64,000 nt of DNA, from positions 75,330,001 through 75,394,000 of the forward strand of contig OZ024743.1 of NCBI GenBank assembly GCA_964016885.1, written 5' to 3'. A model generated the notes under the pieces. The model saw only the letters and a list, made by a program, of their open reading frames with translations, had not been told where the DNA came from and searched no databases. Source of the stretch: Eledone cirrhosa. Lineage: Eukaryota. Positions 1-14,000 of this stretch are shown here, in pieces (position 1 is the stretch's first letter; each line of letters begins with the position of its first letter). The translations under genes were made by a program, and so were the position numbers.

Positions 1-1510
1 TAGCAGCTGTCGGTCAGTTAGTGGTTACTCTCACTTTGCCCCTATACACTAGCAGCTGTTGGTAAGTTAGTGGTCACTCTCACTTTGCTCCTATACACTA
101 GCAGCTGTTGGTAAGTTGGTGGTCACTCTCACTTTGCTCCTATACACTAGCAGCTGTCGGTCAGTTAGTGGTCACTCTCAGTACACTTCTATACACTAGC
201 AGCTGTTGGTAAGTTGGTGGTCACTCTCACTTTGCCCCTATACACTAGCAGCTGTCGGTCAGTTGGTGGTCACTCTCAGTTTACTCCTATACACTAGCAG
301 CTGTTGGTAAGTTGGTGGTCACTCTCTCTTTGCCCCTATACACTAGCAGCTGTCGGTCAGTTGGTGGTCACTCTCAGTTTACTCCTATACACTAGCAGCT
401 GTTGGTGGTCACTCTCAGTTTGCTCCTATACACTAGCAGCTGTTGGTGGTCACTCTCAGTTTGCTCCTATACACTAGCAGCTGTTGGTGGTCACTCTCAG
501 TTTGTTCCTATACACTAGCAGCTGTTGGTGGTCACTCTCAGTTTGCTCCTATACACTAGCAGCTGTTGGTGGTCACTCTCAGTTTGCTCCTATACACTAG
601 CAGCTGTTGGTGGTCACTCTCAGTTTACTCCTATACACTAGCAGCTGTTGGTGGTCACTCTCAGTTTGCTCCTATGCACTAACAGCTGTTGGTGGTCACT
701 CTCTGTTTACTCCTATACACTAGCAGCTGTTGGTGGTCACTCTCAGTTTGCTCCTATACACTAGCAGCTGTTGGTGGTCACTCTCAGTTTACTCCTATAC
801 ACTAGCAGCTGTTGGTGGTCACTCTCAGTTTACTCCTATACACTAGCAGCTGTTGGTGGTCACTCTCAGTTTGCTCCTATACACTAGCAGCTGTTGGTGG
901 TCACACTCTGTTTACTCCTATACACTAGCAGCTGTTGGTGGTCACTCTCAGTTTGCTCCTATACACTAGCAGCTGTTGGTGGTCACTCTCAGTTTGCTCC
1001 TATGCACTAACAGCTGTTGGTGGTCACTCTCTGTTTACTCCTATACACTAGCAGCTGTTGGTGGTCACTCTCAGTTTGCTCCTATACACTAGCAGCTGTT
1101 GGTGGTCACTCTCAGTTTGCTCCTATACACTAGCAGCTGTTGGAGGTCACTCTCAGTTTACTCCTATACACTAGCAGCTGTTGGTGGTCACTCTCAGTTT
1201 GCTCCTATGCACTAACAGCTGTTGGTGGTCACTCTCTGTTTACTCCTATACACTAGCAGCTGTTGGTGGTCACTCTCAGTTTGCTCCTATACACTAGCAG
1301 CTGTTGGTGGTCACTCTCAGTTTACTCCTATACACTAGCAGCTGTTGGTGGTCACTCTTAGTTTGCTCCTATACACTAGCAGCTGTTGGTGGTCACTCTC
1401 AGTTTGCTCCTATGCACTAACAGCAGTTGGTGGTCACTCTCAGTTTGCTCCTATGCACTAACAGCTGTTGGTGGTCACTCAGTTTGCTCCTATACACTAG
1501 CAGCTGTTGG
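1..1510. repeat. Minisatellite: 49-bp units (1-~380) switching to 41-bp units CACTAGCAGCTGTTGGTGGTCACTCTCAGTTTGCTCCTATA
   Basis: Periodicity read directly (TAGCAGC at 1 and 50; CACTAGCAGC at 431 and 472). The 49-mers carry an extra 8 bp giving TTG|GTAAGT or TCG|GTCAGT. Confidence 0.97.
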
Positions 1511-2038
1511 AAGCCAGATACCCTTTTTGACAACAACTCTTTTAGTCCCCTCTTACAAAATGCAAGAATAAGGAATACCTATTCTAAACTATTACACTGG
1601 TCAACATACTTTTTGCTGACTCATGTTTTGTTGTTGTTTTTAGCTAATTTTGAGATGCTGATTTCAAATATGGCATCCATTTCCCCTTAACACAGGTTTT
1701 CATGTTTGTCTTTCGCTCGGTTATCCCATAAACACAGGAAACATGGATATTTTGTATATACTCTCCTTGTTGGTCATAGGAAAACTTGACGCGATAGAAA
1801 AGAAAGTATTGCCATTCTTAAACTCAGTGGCCCCAAATATCTCAAGAACAGGTCTTTAAACTATGATCACCAGAAAAAGAGGCAAAATTTTGTTGACCAG
1901 TGTTGTATATACAGACAAAAATATATTTACTATATTAAGTTTATGGCTGAAACTATTAGAATATTTTAATAACAATTTCAATGTTATGCACATTATCTAT
2001 ATCACATCTAACATTGTATTGAATTATTTTCTGTTTAG

Positions 2039-2207
2039 CTATGGCCTGGTCTAACACATATGAGGCATTCCCAGCAATAATTCACCCAGATGATAGGGAT
2101 CTGTTGATGCAAAGTACTATTGAAAAATCTAAATATTCCATATTTGCATCAGCAATGAAGAATGGTGATGTCGTATTTTGGAAGGTCCACTTTCCTATAA
2201 TATGCAG
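2039..2207 (+). CDS. GTF3C4: GTF3C4-like exon (MAWSNTYEAF...KNGDVVFWKVHFPIIC)
   Basis: ctgtttag acceptor, gtaaat donor, open frame. Confidence 0.85.
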
Positions 2208-5002
2208 GTAAATGAAACTGACTTAACATTTTTTATTAACATTATTTAATACAGCATTGAGGGCGGTGGATTGGCAGTATCGGTAGAGGGTCGGACGCCA
2301 TGCTTTGCAGCATAGAGTTATGGCCCTTTATGATCTGAGTTCAAATCCCGCCGAGGTTAACTTTGCCTTTCATCCTTACGGGGTCGATAAACTAAAGTAC
2401 CAGTAATGCACTGGGATAATTGCTGGCCTTGTGCCAAAAGTAGAAATAATTATTTAATACAGCATTCAGTAATCAGAAAAAGGGAGGTAGGTGTAAAGGC
2501 CAAACTCGCTACCTTCAATTCCGTTTTCGTGCCAACCCTTACCTATAGTCATGAATCTTGGGTAATGACCGAAAGAATACGATCACAAAATGGGGTTCCT
2601 CCATAGGGTCTTTGGAGTAACGTTACTTGATAGAGTGACTAGCTTGGAGATCAGAGAGTCACTCCAGGTAGAGCTGCTACTTCTCCGAATTCAAAGATCA
2701 CAGCTCCAGAATTGCTGGACAGATTTTACTGGCAAAACCAACCTGCAGGAGACCCAAGGGTAAACTCTGAACAAGAGGGTTAGATAACATCCATGAGCTT
2801 GGCTGGTCTTGCTTGAGGATCCAGCAGGATCAGTTGGAGATAGTTGCTTCTAACAGGACCTGCTGGAAGGAGTATTAGGGGACTGCCCCTCATGATCCTC
2901 TCAGGAATAAGTGGGTGAAGAAGAAGAACATTATTTAAACTATGTACATATGTTTAGCATTGCTTTTTACTTATAAAGTTATTTTGTTTTCATTGCTAGC
3001 ATGTTGAGGATTTTTACAAAACTCCTCTATAAGAACAAGATTCTATTAGAACCAGAAATTCTATAAATATTTACTTCTACTTCTTCCTCTTTGTCACTAC
3101 TCTCCTCTTTCAACACACACACACACCCATTCTTGTTTATGTACTTTCTTCTTCTTCTTCCACTTATTCCTAAGAAGGTCATGGGGTCAGAGTCCTTAAA
3201 AACTTCTTCCAGCAAGTCCTGTCAGAACCAACCATCTCCAACTGATCCGGCTGGATCCCTAAGCTAGACAAGCCAAGCTCATGGATGTTATCCAACCACC
3301 TTACCCAGGGTCTACCCTTGGCTCTCCTACATATGTACTTTAAAAATGTAAATTCTTCTACTTTGTTGAATTCATTGAAAAACTGATTTTACATTTTTTT
3401 CCTCTTTTCTTCTTTCAGTGGAGACTGTGTATATTTGACCACAGCTTCTATACATGACAGCATTCCTACCTCTATGTCATGGTGCCCTTCACAACAAGGT
3501 AATCTATTATTGTTGTTGTTAGTAGTAGTGGTGGTGGTGTATTTGTTGTTGGTAGTGGTGTAAAGTGATCATGTAGGTATCACAACAAAAAGTACCCAGC
3601 CCACACTGTAAAGTGGTCATGTAGGTTTCACGATAAAAATCACCCAGTACACACTGTAAATGTGGTTGGTGTTAGGAAGGACATCCAGCCGTAGAACCCA
3701 AGCCAGAACCAGTTCTGTATGAGCACAACACAGTCACCTGATCTGATTTGTCTAACAATGGGACAACGCATCTAAACCATGCTAGCATGTAAAAATGGAT
3801 GTTATATGATGATGATGATGATATATCATAGGCTCCCTTCAGTTTTTGCCATGGTTTTACACCTAGAAAGTTCCCCTCCAAGGCACAAGCCTGGACATGG
3901 TGTGTTTATGGAAGACCAGCAGAGGTATACCAGTCTGCCTTCTCCACGCCACCGATGTGTACCATCTGCAGATGCTGCCACCCCTCTGCCTTGAAACCTA
4001 AGGTAGCATAATTCATGGTACATGTATGAATCATAATATGCTTTTTTTTCCTTTGTCTTTCCTATATATGTTTTTGCTGCATATATATGTGTGTATGTAT
4101 ATATATATATATATATAGCAAAGGTAAAACTATGTATACAAAACTCAAATGTATGTAGAGAATTATATATGGTAGTATCTAATTGCCACATAGTTTCAAA
4201 GTTAACTCCATGTGTTTATCTATTATATTGGTCTGAAGATGTTTATTATTCAAATAATGTAATGTGTGTACTCCCTTGAAACGTGTAAGGAATTAAAAAT
4301 GGTTTAAAAGCTTATTTTTCCATCTATATAAGATCATCATCATGATGATGATCATTGTTTAATGTCCATCTTCCACGCTAGCATGGGTTTGGACGGTAAT
4401 TTTCCCACTTGAGGCAAGATTGGTTGTCTCGCTCGTATAGGACTGTCTGGCAGGTTTTCTACGGCTGGATGCCCTTCCTAACACCAACCACATTTACAGT
4501 GTGGACTGGGAGGTTTTTACCATGTTACCTACACGGCCCCATTACAGCGTGGACTGTTATTTTTTTTGTCATGACACCTACACCACCTCATTTATTTAGG
4601 ACTGGAAGATATAGATGCATTTCAATTCAAGCACTCGATGTCATGTTATTTCTTCAAAATAAGAATGACGGATTATAATTAGAATGAGGAAAATGCAAAG
4701 CTGTAGATGTTAAAGAGTCCTTTATTAACAAAGCTGTGATACATAGTTCAATGACGATTTTGGTTACTTGGTTATTTAACCAAGGGAACAAACAATTCCA
4801 GCAAAAACATAATTTTTTGTCCGTCCCCTTGAATATAGGATTACCTTGGAAACAGAACCTTTTACTCAATGTTGCTGTCTGATGAAATCACGAGAAAATG
4901 GTTAAATAATCAAGTGACCAAGATCGTCATTGAAATATGTGTCACAGCTTTGTTAATGGACTTTTTAATTTCTATAACTTCATATTTTCCTCGTTCTATT
5001 TG

Positions 5003-5083
<81 letters not shown>

Positions 5084-8000
5084 GTAAAAGGTAAACAGAG
5101 ATAGCAACACAATCAGTACAGTATATGGAAGGGATATATTAGGTTAACACTTGATATAGCAGGAAGAGGGTCTTAACGTTTCGGATGCTAGTCCTTCATC
5201 AGATGAAAGAATGAGAGATAAGATAGATTGAGGGGACGGGCAGGTTGGAATTGGAAAAAATGTCTTTAGATAAAAATAACAGGTCCATTCATGTTGACAT
5301 CTCTTATAGGTGGCATGTCAGTCGTATTATGTTGTTGCATGTAAGTTTGATTTTTGTATTCTAAGGATATTTTTTGCTGATTATATTGACATTTTATTTT
5401 GATAATTTCAGATATGATATTAGCTGTGGGCTATTCTGATGGAATGATAAAAGTGATTCGTTTCAACTTGACTTGTGGCATTGTGTCTGACAGCGAAGAC
5501 GTCTGGGCTGATCCTGATTTAATATCTGTAAATGCTCTCAGCTGGCAATGTCTCGACATCCATCAGGTTAGAATATGATCATACAATGATTCTATTTATT
5601 TCATTAATAAACTACATTATGGCTGGGAGGATTAAGAGCTGGAAACAGACATAAAAGTGGTGGTGGTGGTCGTCGTCGTCATGGAATTCACACTTTACAA
5701 CTATAGCTATTGTGTTGTACTTTGAATAAGACAAATAACTCTATTTCACAGTGGAGTGAAAGACATCTTCTTCTTCACCCACTAATTCTTGAGAGGGTCA
5801 TGGGGGCAGAGTCCCCAAACATTCTCTCCAGAAGGTCCTGTCAGAAGCAACTTTCTCCAACTGATCCAGTTGCATCCCCAAGCAAGACCAGCCCAGCTCA
5901 TGGATGTTATCTAACCATCTTACTCGGAGTCTACCTCTGGGTCTCCTGCCAGTTGGTTTTGCCAGTAAAATCTGTTCAGCAATTCTCCAAAAGCATTGTT
6001 GTTGAAGACCTTCCTTTGCAGAAAGTTATTGAGATGTATAAAAAAATGGGGGTTAGTTCATTAGAAAGAGATCTGGGGAGTAAACTTGGAGAGATAAAAT
6101 TCCATAAGCCACTTCAATCCAATTCTGCAATCGGACATTGTCATAGAGAACAACTGGTCCTGTTCAGTTAACAGATGCTGGTAAATGTTGCAGTTGTTGG
6201 TACATTTGTTAACAGATGCTGGTAAATGTTGCAGTTGTTGGTACATTTTGTTGACTTCCTGGCAGTATTCCTCTAATATGATGACTTCACCAAGATTCAA
6301 GAAATAGTAGTTAGCCATTTCATTTGTTGATCATAAAACAATGATTATAGCCACATAATCTTCTTTTGATGCAACTTCACATCAAAATAGTGTATATATA
6401 TATATCATCATCACTGTTTAACGTCCATTTTTCCAAGCAAGCATGGGTTAGACAAATCAGATCAGATGACTATATTGCTCATACAGAACTGTTTTGGGCT
6501 AGGTTTCTATGGCTGGATATCATTCCTAACACCAACCACATTTACAGTGGACTGGGTGCTTTTTGTCATGACACCTACATGACCACTTTACAATGTGGAT
6601 TGGGTGCTTTTTATCATAGCACCTACATGACCACTTTACAATGTGGATTGGGTGCTTTTTGTCATGACACCTACACGACCACCTTACAGTGTGGATTGGG
6701 TGCTTTTTGTCATGACACCTACATGACCACTTTACAGTGTGGACTGGGTGCTTTTTGTCATGACACCTACATAATCACTTAACAGTGTGGATTGGGTGCT
6801 TTTTGTCATGACACCTACATGACCACTTTACAATGTAGATTGGGTGCTTTTTGTCATGACACCTACATGACCACTTTACAGTGTGGACTGGGTGCTTTTT
6901 ATCATAGCACCTACATGACCACCTTACAGTGTGGACTGGGTGCTTTTTGTCATGACACCTACATGACTACTTTACAGTTTAGATTGGGTGCTTTTTGTCA
7001 TGACACCTACATGACCACCTTACAGTGTGGACTGGGTGCTTTTTGTCATGACACCTACATGACCACTTTACAGTGTGGACTGGGGTGGGATGTAATGATG
7101 TAGGTGGAGTCTTAGTGTGGGAGGAGAGAATGATAGGGTTTAAGAGGTGCATACTAGATGTATGGTTCAACCCATGGGTATATGAAGGCAGGTCTTCTGT
7201 ATTAATACATAACGCCAAAGATCTCAGTACTGTGTCATAACTTTTGTGAGGTGCAATCGTGCAAGATCAGCTTTTATCATCTTACCTCAGGTCTTCCTAG
7301 TCCATAGCTTCCATCAACTTTGATCACCCTGCACCATTTTATACAATATTTATCTAATTGCTTTTTGTATGTTTCTAACTATATATATATAGTCCTACCA
7401 TACTAGGGTGGAAGTTGGACATTAAACTGTGATATAGGAGGAGTTGTAGTTTGCTTGAAGCTTTGCGTATGGTATAGAAAATTTAAAGTCTGAAGGCCAC
7501 AAAATGTAAAAAGGACAAACAAGAAAATAAGACGAAACAAGATGTTATGTGTACCTTATTTATTTATCAATCCTGAAATTTCGAGATAAAATCTCTTCTT
7601 CAGAGGGAAATAGAAGGGACTAGTCTGGTTTTGGCAAAACATGTTATACCCTGCTATTTCTCTCAGAAGAGATTTTATCTTGAAATTGCAGTCGTGGCTT
7701 TCAAACTTTTTTTTAAAATTATATATATATATATATTGTTTTCTCTTTTCAGGATCAATGGCTTTTGTTTGCCTCCAAAGATCTTTTTATAATGGCTTTT
7801 GTCTTAGACAGAGCTAAATTAACCTGTATCCAAATGGTACACATCAGAGGACAGTACAATCTTTCTTGTACAGGTAAAATATATTTGATTTATAAACATC
7901 AAACTGTTTGATAAAAAAATCACTGAAAAATCATCATTATTGCTTCTTCATGTATGTGAACTGGAATTTCAACCAAATACATTGGCTTTTTATAACATTT

Positions 8001-11000
8001 TATATGGCAAGTGTTAGGGTCTTTATGAATATTTTATATGGCTTTAGATTTGAATGGAAGATTAATTAAGCTGAGGTATGGCCATGTGGTTAAGATTGTT
8101 TAACAATCACATGGGTCTGAATTTCATGTGGCATGTTGGTCAGGTGTCTTCTACTCTAGCCTCAGGTTGACCAATGTTTTATGAAATTTGTAGATGAAAA
8201 TTGTACACTATGTATGTGTTTGTACATAGTAGCAATATATATATGTGTGTGTAAAAAATAAACAGAAATAACAAAGCACATGACACAGTAGATTGAAGAA
8301 ATATATTAGTTTAAAGCTTGAAATAACAGTAAAAGAGTCTTAATGTTTTGGATACTAGTCATTCATCAGAAGATAGAGTTAGAAATATAAGATAAAATAG
8401 GAAGATAAAGAGTGAGAAGAGAAAGGAGCGGAAAAAAATGAGAGAAAAAGATAAATATATATTCTGTATTATGGGAAAGTGGTGAGTCTTTTTGCTCTGG
8501 AGTTTCACTTGATATTTTCATCTTAGGATTTCAATGATACTTTCTCTGATGTAGAAGAGTTTATTTCCAGTTTAGCTTGTAACATCCTGTACTGCATGTA
8601 ACTGCTTTTGCAAGACATTCTTGATAAAGTACAAAACATTATCATTGCACATTAAAAATTGAAGTATTTCCTCAAACACTACAAATTTTCACAAAGATCT
8701 GTCCTTTAATAAAGATACTATCATCATCATCATCACCGTTTTACGTCCGTTCTTCCACGCTAGCATGGGTTAGACGGGTTGTCCTGTTGTGGGCAGTGTC
8801 TGGTCGGCTGACCATGCCTTGCTCATACAGGTTGAATTAACAAGTCTATTTTTAGACATTTTCTGATAAATTACGACACATCTCATCAGACCAGGTGATG
8901 TGTTGTTTCCTTGAGCAAGACACTTTATTTCACATTGCTCCAGTTTACTCAGCTGTAGAAATGAGATGATAGGACTGGGCGTTCCTATCATACCACTGTA
9001 AAGTGGTCGTGTAGGTGCCACGGCACCCAGCCCACACTGTAAAGTGGACGTATAGGTGCCATGGAAAAAAGCACCCAGCGCTCACTGTAAATGAGGGTGT
9101 TAGGAAGGACATCCAGCTGTAGAAATCAAGCCAAAATCAGTTCCCGTCCCACCCTTGCAAGCAAGGAAAAGTGGACGTAAAATGATGATGATGAAGAGTT
9201 AAATAGCATCGTTAACAATGTTTTAATTACTACTTCTACTAATTATCTTTCAGGCATGTCCTCGCGTGGTGGTACATTGGCTCTCTCGGCTTCTGATGAA
9301 AAGGTTCAACTTATAAAAGCTGCAATGAAGGATGATGGTAAATGATGACATTTCTAATTAACAGCAGTTGTTATTCTATATTTCTCAGTTATGGAATATT
9401 TTGATAGCAGCAGAGAATATTATCATCATTAGCCCAGTTAGTCCCTAATAATAATATAATAATTGTTTCTATGTTTTGGCACAAGGCCAGCAATTACCTC
9501 AGTGTATTACTGGCACTTCATTTTATCAACCCCTGTAAGGCAAAGTTAACCTCGGTGGGATTTGAACTCAGACCAAAAAGGGCCATAACTCATTGTTGCA
9601 AAGCATGGCGTCTGACCCTCAACCGATACTGCCATTCCACTGCCTTAATAATAATATAATGATATGACCCAGTTATGTTACTAAAACTAACTCTCTGAAT
9701 TAACTGGGGCCACATTCTTATAATAATAATAATAATAATGAAAATATTGTGTACAGTGCTCAGGTGCACTACAACGCATCAAAAGTGTAATGTACAAACG
9801 TCAGGAAAATGAATAGTGCATGAGTCATGATATGTGCATGTGTATGGAAGGGGGACATCAGGTGTAGTTTTGGCGAATTTCGGGAAGCATGAGGGTTTTA
9901 AAGGATGCAGTGTCTCGGCAGCTAACAACTGACGCAGGCAGTTTGTTCCATGCTTCAGCAACTCTAAGCGTGAAAAAATGTTTCCGAAAGTCATGGGAGC
10001 TGTGCTGTTTTCTGACTTTGTAGGCATGTCCACGTGTGTTAGACACATGGAGATCAAAAAGGTGCTCAGGGTTGTTGTTGGCGAGATGGTTAATAACTTT
10101 ATGGGTGTTTACCAAGTCCATTGCCAGACGTCGGAGCTTCAATGAATCCATGCCCAGGGAAGCAAGGCGTTCAGAGTATGGTAGGTGTCTGATGGAGGGT
10201 ATGCGCTTGGTTGCACGTCTCTGAACAGTTTCCAGGAGGTCAATGTTCTAAGCAAGATAGGGGTTCCAGACTGATGATCCGAATTCCAAGTGTGGTCGTA
10301 TCATAGCTGTATACAACTTTAAATAGATGGCTGGAGAGCGGCTAACAAAGGTCTTGCTGAGTGATGCCAAGACACCCTTGGCCTTCTTGACAATCTTAGA
10401 GACATGCTTTGTCCAACGCAAATCGCTGCTGACAGTAATGCCCAAGTCACGTTCACAAGAGGACTTCTTGATATCAGTGTTTTGGAGGGAGTATGTGGAT
10501 GCTGGATTTTTCCTCCCAAAATGCATGGTGGTACACTTGTCCACAGCCAGCTTCAGTTGTCAGTCTGTGATCCATTGCTGCATTGTGTCCAGGTCTGATT
10601 GTAGGAAAGAGTTATAGATTTCAGGATCTGTCCTTTTGATTTCAAGGTACAGCTTGATGTCGTCTGCATATTGCAGTACTGTGGCATTCTTTAAGTTGGC
10701 ATCTATGTCATTAATGTATGCAACAAACAAAAGGGGACCAAGAACAGATCCCTGTGGTACACCAGATGACATCTCATATGGTGAAGAATGCTGTCCTAGA
10801 ACCATGACTACCTCTTTTCGAGAATGAAGGATTTCAACCATATAAAAAGATCATCCTTCACACCTATTGCAGAGAGTTTCGCCATAAGTCTTTTGTGTGG
10901 CACAGAATTAAAAGCCTTAGCGAAGTCAAGGCAAACAACATCCACCCATGAGCCGCTGTCAGTGATCCGGGTAATGTCTTCAAGGAACTCAATAAGCCGA

Positions 11001-14000
11001 TCACAGCAGCTGGAGTTAGGGATAAATCCAAATTGCGAGGGCCGGATGAGGCTGTGAGAGCTCCAGAAGTTCCAAAGTGTTTCTCTGACACAGGATTCCA
11101 TCAGTTTGGCAATACAGCTAGTAAGACTGACTGGACAATAGTTGATAGGTGACGTGCGGTCGCCCTTTTTAAACAGGGGAATGACACTGGCAGTTTTCCA
11201 CTGCTCCGGAGTAGCACCATTGTTGAGACAGTATTGAAAGAAAAAAGCTGATGCAAAAGGAAGTACCCGCCACATTTGAGAAGCAGGTATGTAACACCAT
11301 CAAGACCAGGGGAGGCATAGTTGCGCTTATTCTTAAGGTGACATCGCAGCATTGCAGGTGTAAATTCCAGGTTTAAATAGTTGTTATGGAATTTGCAGGT
11401 GTAAATAGTTGTTATGGAATTTGATGTTAGAGATGGTGGAGATGGTACATTCTGGTTTTCAACAGTAAAAATGCTTGCATAGCACTCAGCAATGAGTTCT
11501 CCGCATTCTTTGGGATCGTCAGTGATCTGGCTTGTGTGGGGATTGCGAAGAGGACCAACTGGAGAGTGAGGTCTCTGCTTTGAATGTACATATTTCCTAA
11601 CAACATCATTGATGGTCAGCTTCTTGCTGCCCTGATGTTTCTATACGAATGTCCGAGTATTTGTGTTTGGATAAATGGTGCTAAATCAAAACCATTCAAT
11701 GTAGGATTTGGACTCTGCCATGGGTGCATACTGTCACCTCTCCTGTTTGTTATTTTCATGAATTGGATTGACATGCGCAGCCGAGTTGGAAGTGGTATCA
11801 TGACTGGTGTGGGTAAAAGCACTCAACTGAAATTTGCAGACAACATGGTTTTACTTAACTTAACTGAGTTGGTGATCTCCGACTTGTACTTGATAGGTTT
11901 GATGCCGATTGCTGCATGGCTGGAATGAAAATCAGTGCTGTGAAAACTGAGACACTAGTCCTCTCAAGGAAGCCTGCACAGTGCACGCTACATGTAAATT
12001 AAGTTCCACTGAAGCAGGTGGAGAAGTTCAAGTCGGGCAGGAGGCTGAATTAAGCGCAAGAATTGCAGGATCTGGTGCAGTAATGCACCAGCTTCAGTAA
12101 TCAGAAGAAGGGAGATAGTGTTAAAAGCCAAACTCGGTATCTTCAATTTGGTATTCATGCCAACCCTTACCTATGGTCATGAATCTCGGATAATGACTGA
12201 AAGAATACAATCGCGAATACAAGCGGCCAAAATAGGGTTCCTCTAAAGGGTCTTTGGAGTAACGTTACTCGATAGAGTGTGTAACTCGGAGATCAGAGCA
12301 TTACTCCAGGTAGAGCCGCTACTTCTCCGAATTGAGAGATCACATCTCCGATACTATGGGCATATATTTAGAATGTCTCAGGAAAGAATCGCTGGACAGA
12401 TTTTACGGGCAAAACCAGCCAGCAGGAGACTCATGGGTGGACCCCGAGCAAGATGGTTGAGTAACATCCATGAGCTTGGCTGGTCTCATTTGGGGATCCA
12501 GCCAGATCAGTTGGAGAGGGTTGCTTTTGGCAGGACCCACTGGAAGGAGTGTTTGAGGACTCTGCCCCCATAACCCTTTCAGGAATAAGCGGCTGAAGAA
12601 GTCTCTAAGAATGAAATCACTATAATTTAAATAAATCATCTCAAGACATTAATGTTAGTTAAGATTAACTTGACAAATACTTTTCAATTTCTTACTGTTT
12701 ATTTCTTTATTTTCAGAGTTGAAGCTTGACAGTAATTTATTTCCTATAACTATCGACTGTCCAGTTTTTGCTTTACAATACATTGGTGTGGCTCTCTCAC
12801 CAAATGCTTCATTGTTAGCTGTTGTCGCATGCCCTGCTTGCCCTTTTGATCAGAAGCAATTGAAGGAACCTTTGATGGTGAGCTATGATATCATCTTTAT
12901 CACCTTTTTTTTTTATTGTTTAGTCTGGGAGGGAAGAGTGGTACCTATAAGATTCTCAAGACCTCTGAGATTGGTAGGAGAAGGAAGGAAAGTCTGGGAG
13001 GGCAGAGTGGTATCTAAGAACCTCTCAAGGTCTCTGAGATTGGTAGGGAGAAGGGAGGAAAGTATTCTAAAGCTGGAGACCTGAACAGAATTCTTGCAAC
13101 ACATTGGATTTCCCTATAGAGACTAATGAACCGAAAGGTGGTGTTAAACAAAGGGTTTTATTCTCACAATGAAGGGCACATTGTACGATGTTTGTAGATA
13201 AAGTGCTACATGATAGCAACATGTGGTCTGTTAATGTGTAATGTTCATAAACAGCAGAAAACAAAGAGAAAAGTTAGATATACAAGGGATCAGGGGCTAT
13301 GTGCAAGAGAGAAGACTGTGCTGGTAGGGACATATGGTTCTTATGGAAGATGACAGCTGTCATCATCATCATCATCATAATTTAACGTCCATCTTCCACG
13401 CTAGCATGGGTTAGACGGGAGTTGTCCCACTTGAGGCAAGGTTGGTCGGGTGACTGTGTCTCGCTCATATAGGACTATCTGGCAGGTTTTCTATGGCTGG
13501 ATGCCCTTCCTAACACCAACCACATTTACAATATGGACTGGGAACTTTTTACCGTGTTACCTACATGGCCACATTACAGCGTGGACTGTGTGTTTTTTTT
13601 TTGTCATGACACATACACTGTCATCATCATCATCATCACCGTTTTACGTCCATTCTTCCACGCTAGCATGGGTTAGACGGATAAATGGGATAGACTGTAT
13701 AAATGCCAAATAATTGAAGCTCTTAACTAGACTGTATCCTAACATGCTGAATGCTTTTAGCATCTCAACAACTATACTTTATAATTCAGCTACCTTTCCT
13801 ACCTTCATATCCTTAATCACTTTATCATACTGCTGTCATCTTTTATAGCTGGTCCCTCAGTCAACATGGGGCAGCTCCTCCTTGTCCATTTATTCTCTTC
13901 ATTCAGTCTCTTGTAATAGGACTTCCATGCCTCTTTTTGGTATGAATCAGAGCAAGTGTTCCACTGATTTTGAACTTCTTTTTCCCCAATGTCCCAGTTT

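Noticed and set aside
1-1510. CRISPR-like array (also considered for the 24-, 48- and 75-bp arrays)
   Set aside because: The units are head-to-tail with no unique spacers, no cas genes are present, and the context is eukaryotic.
2261-2360. tRNA genes at A/B-box sequences
   Set aside because: There is no complete cloverleaf; each continues into a shared SINE body with TSDs.
6366-7103. Cys/His-rich repeat protein (GAFCHDTYMTTLQCGL)n
   Set aside because: It is the translation of the 48-bp repeat inside a retroposon 3'UTR.
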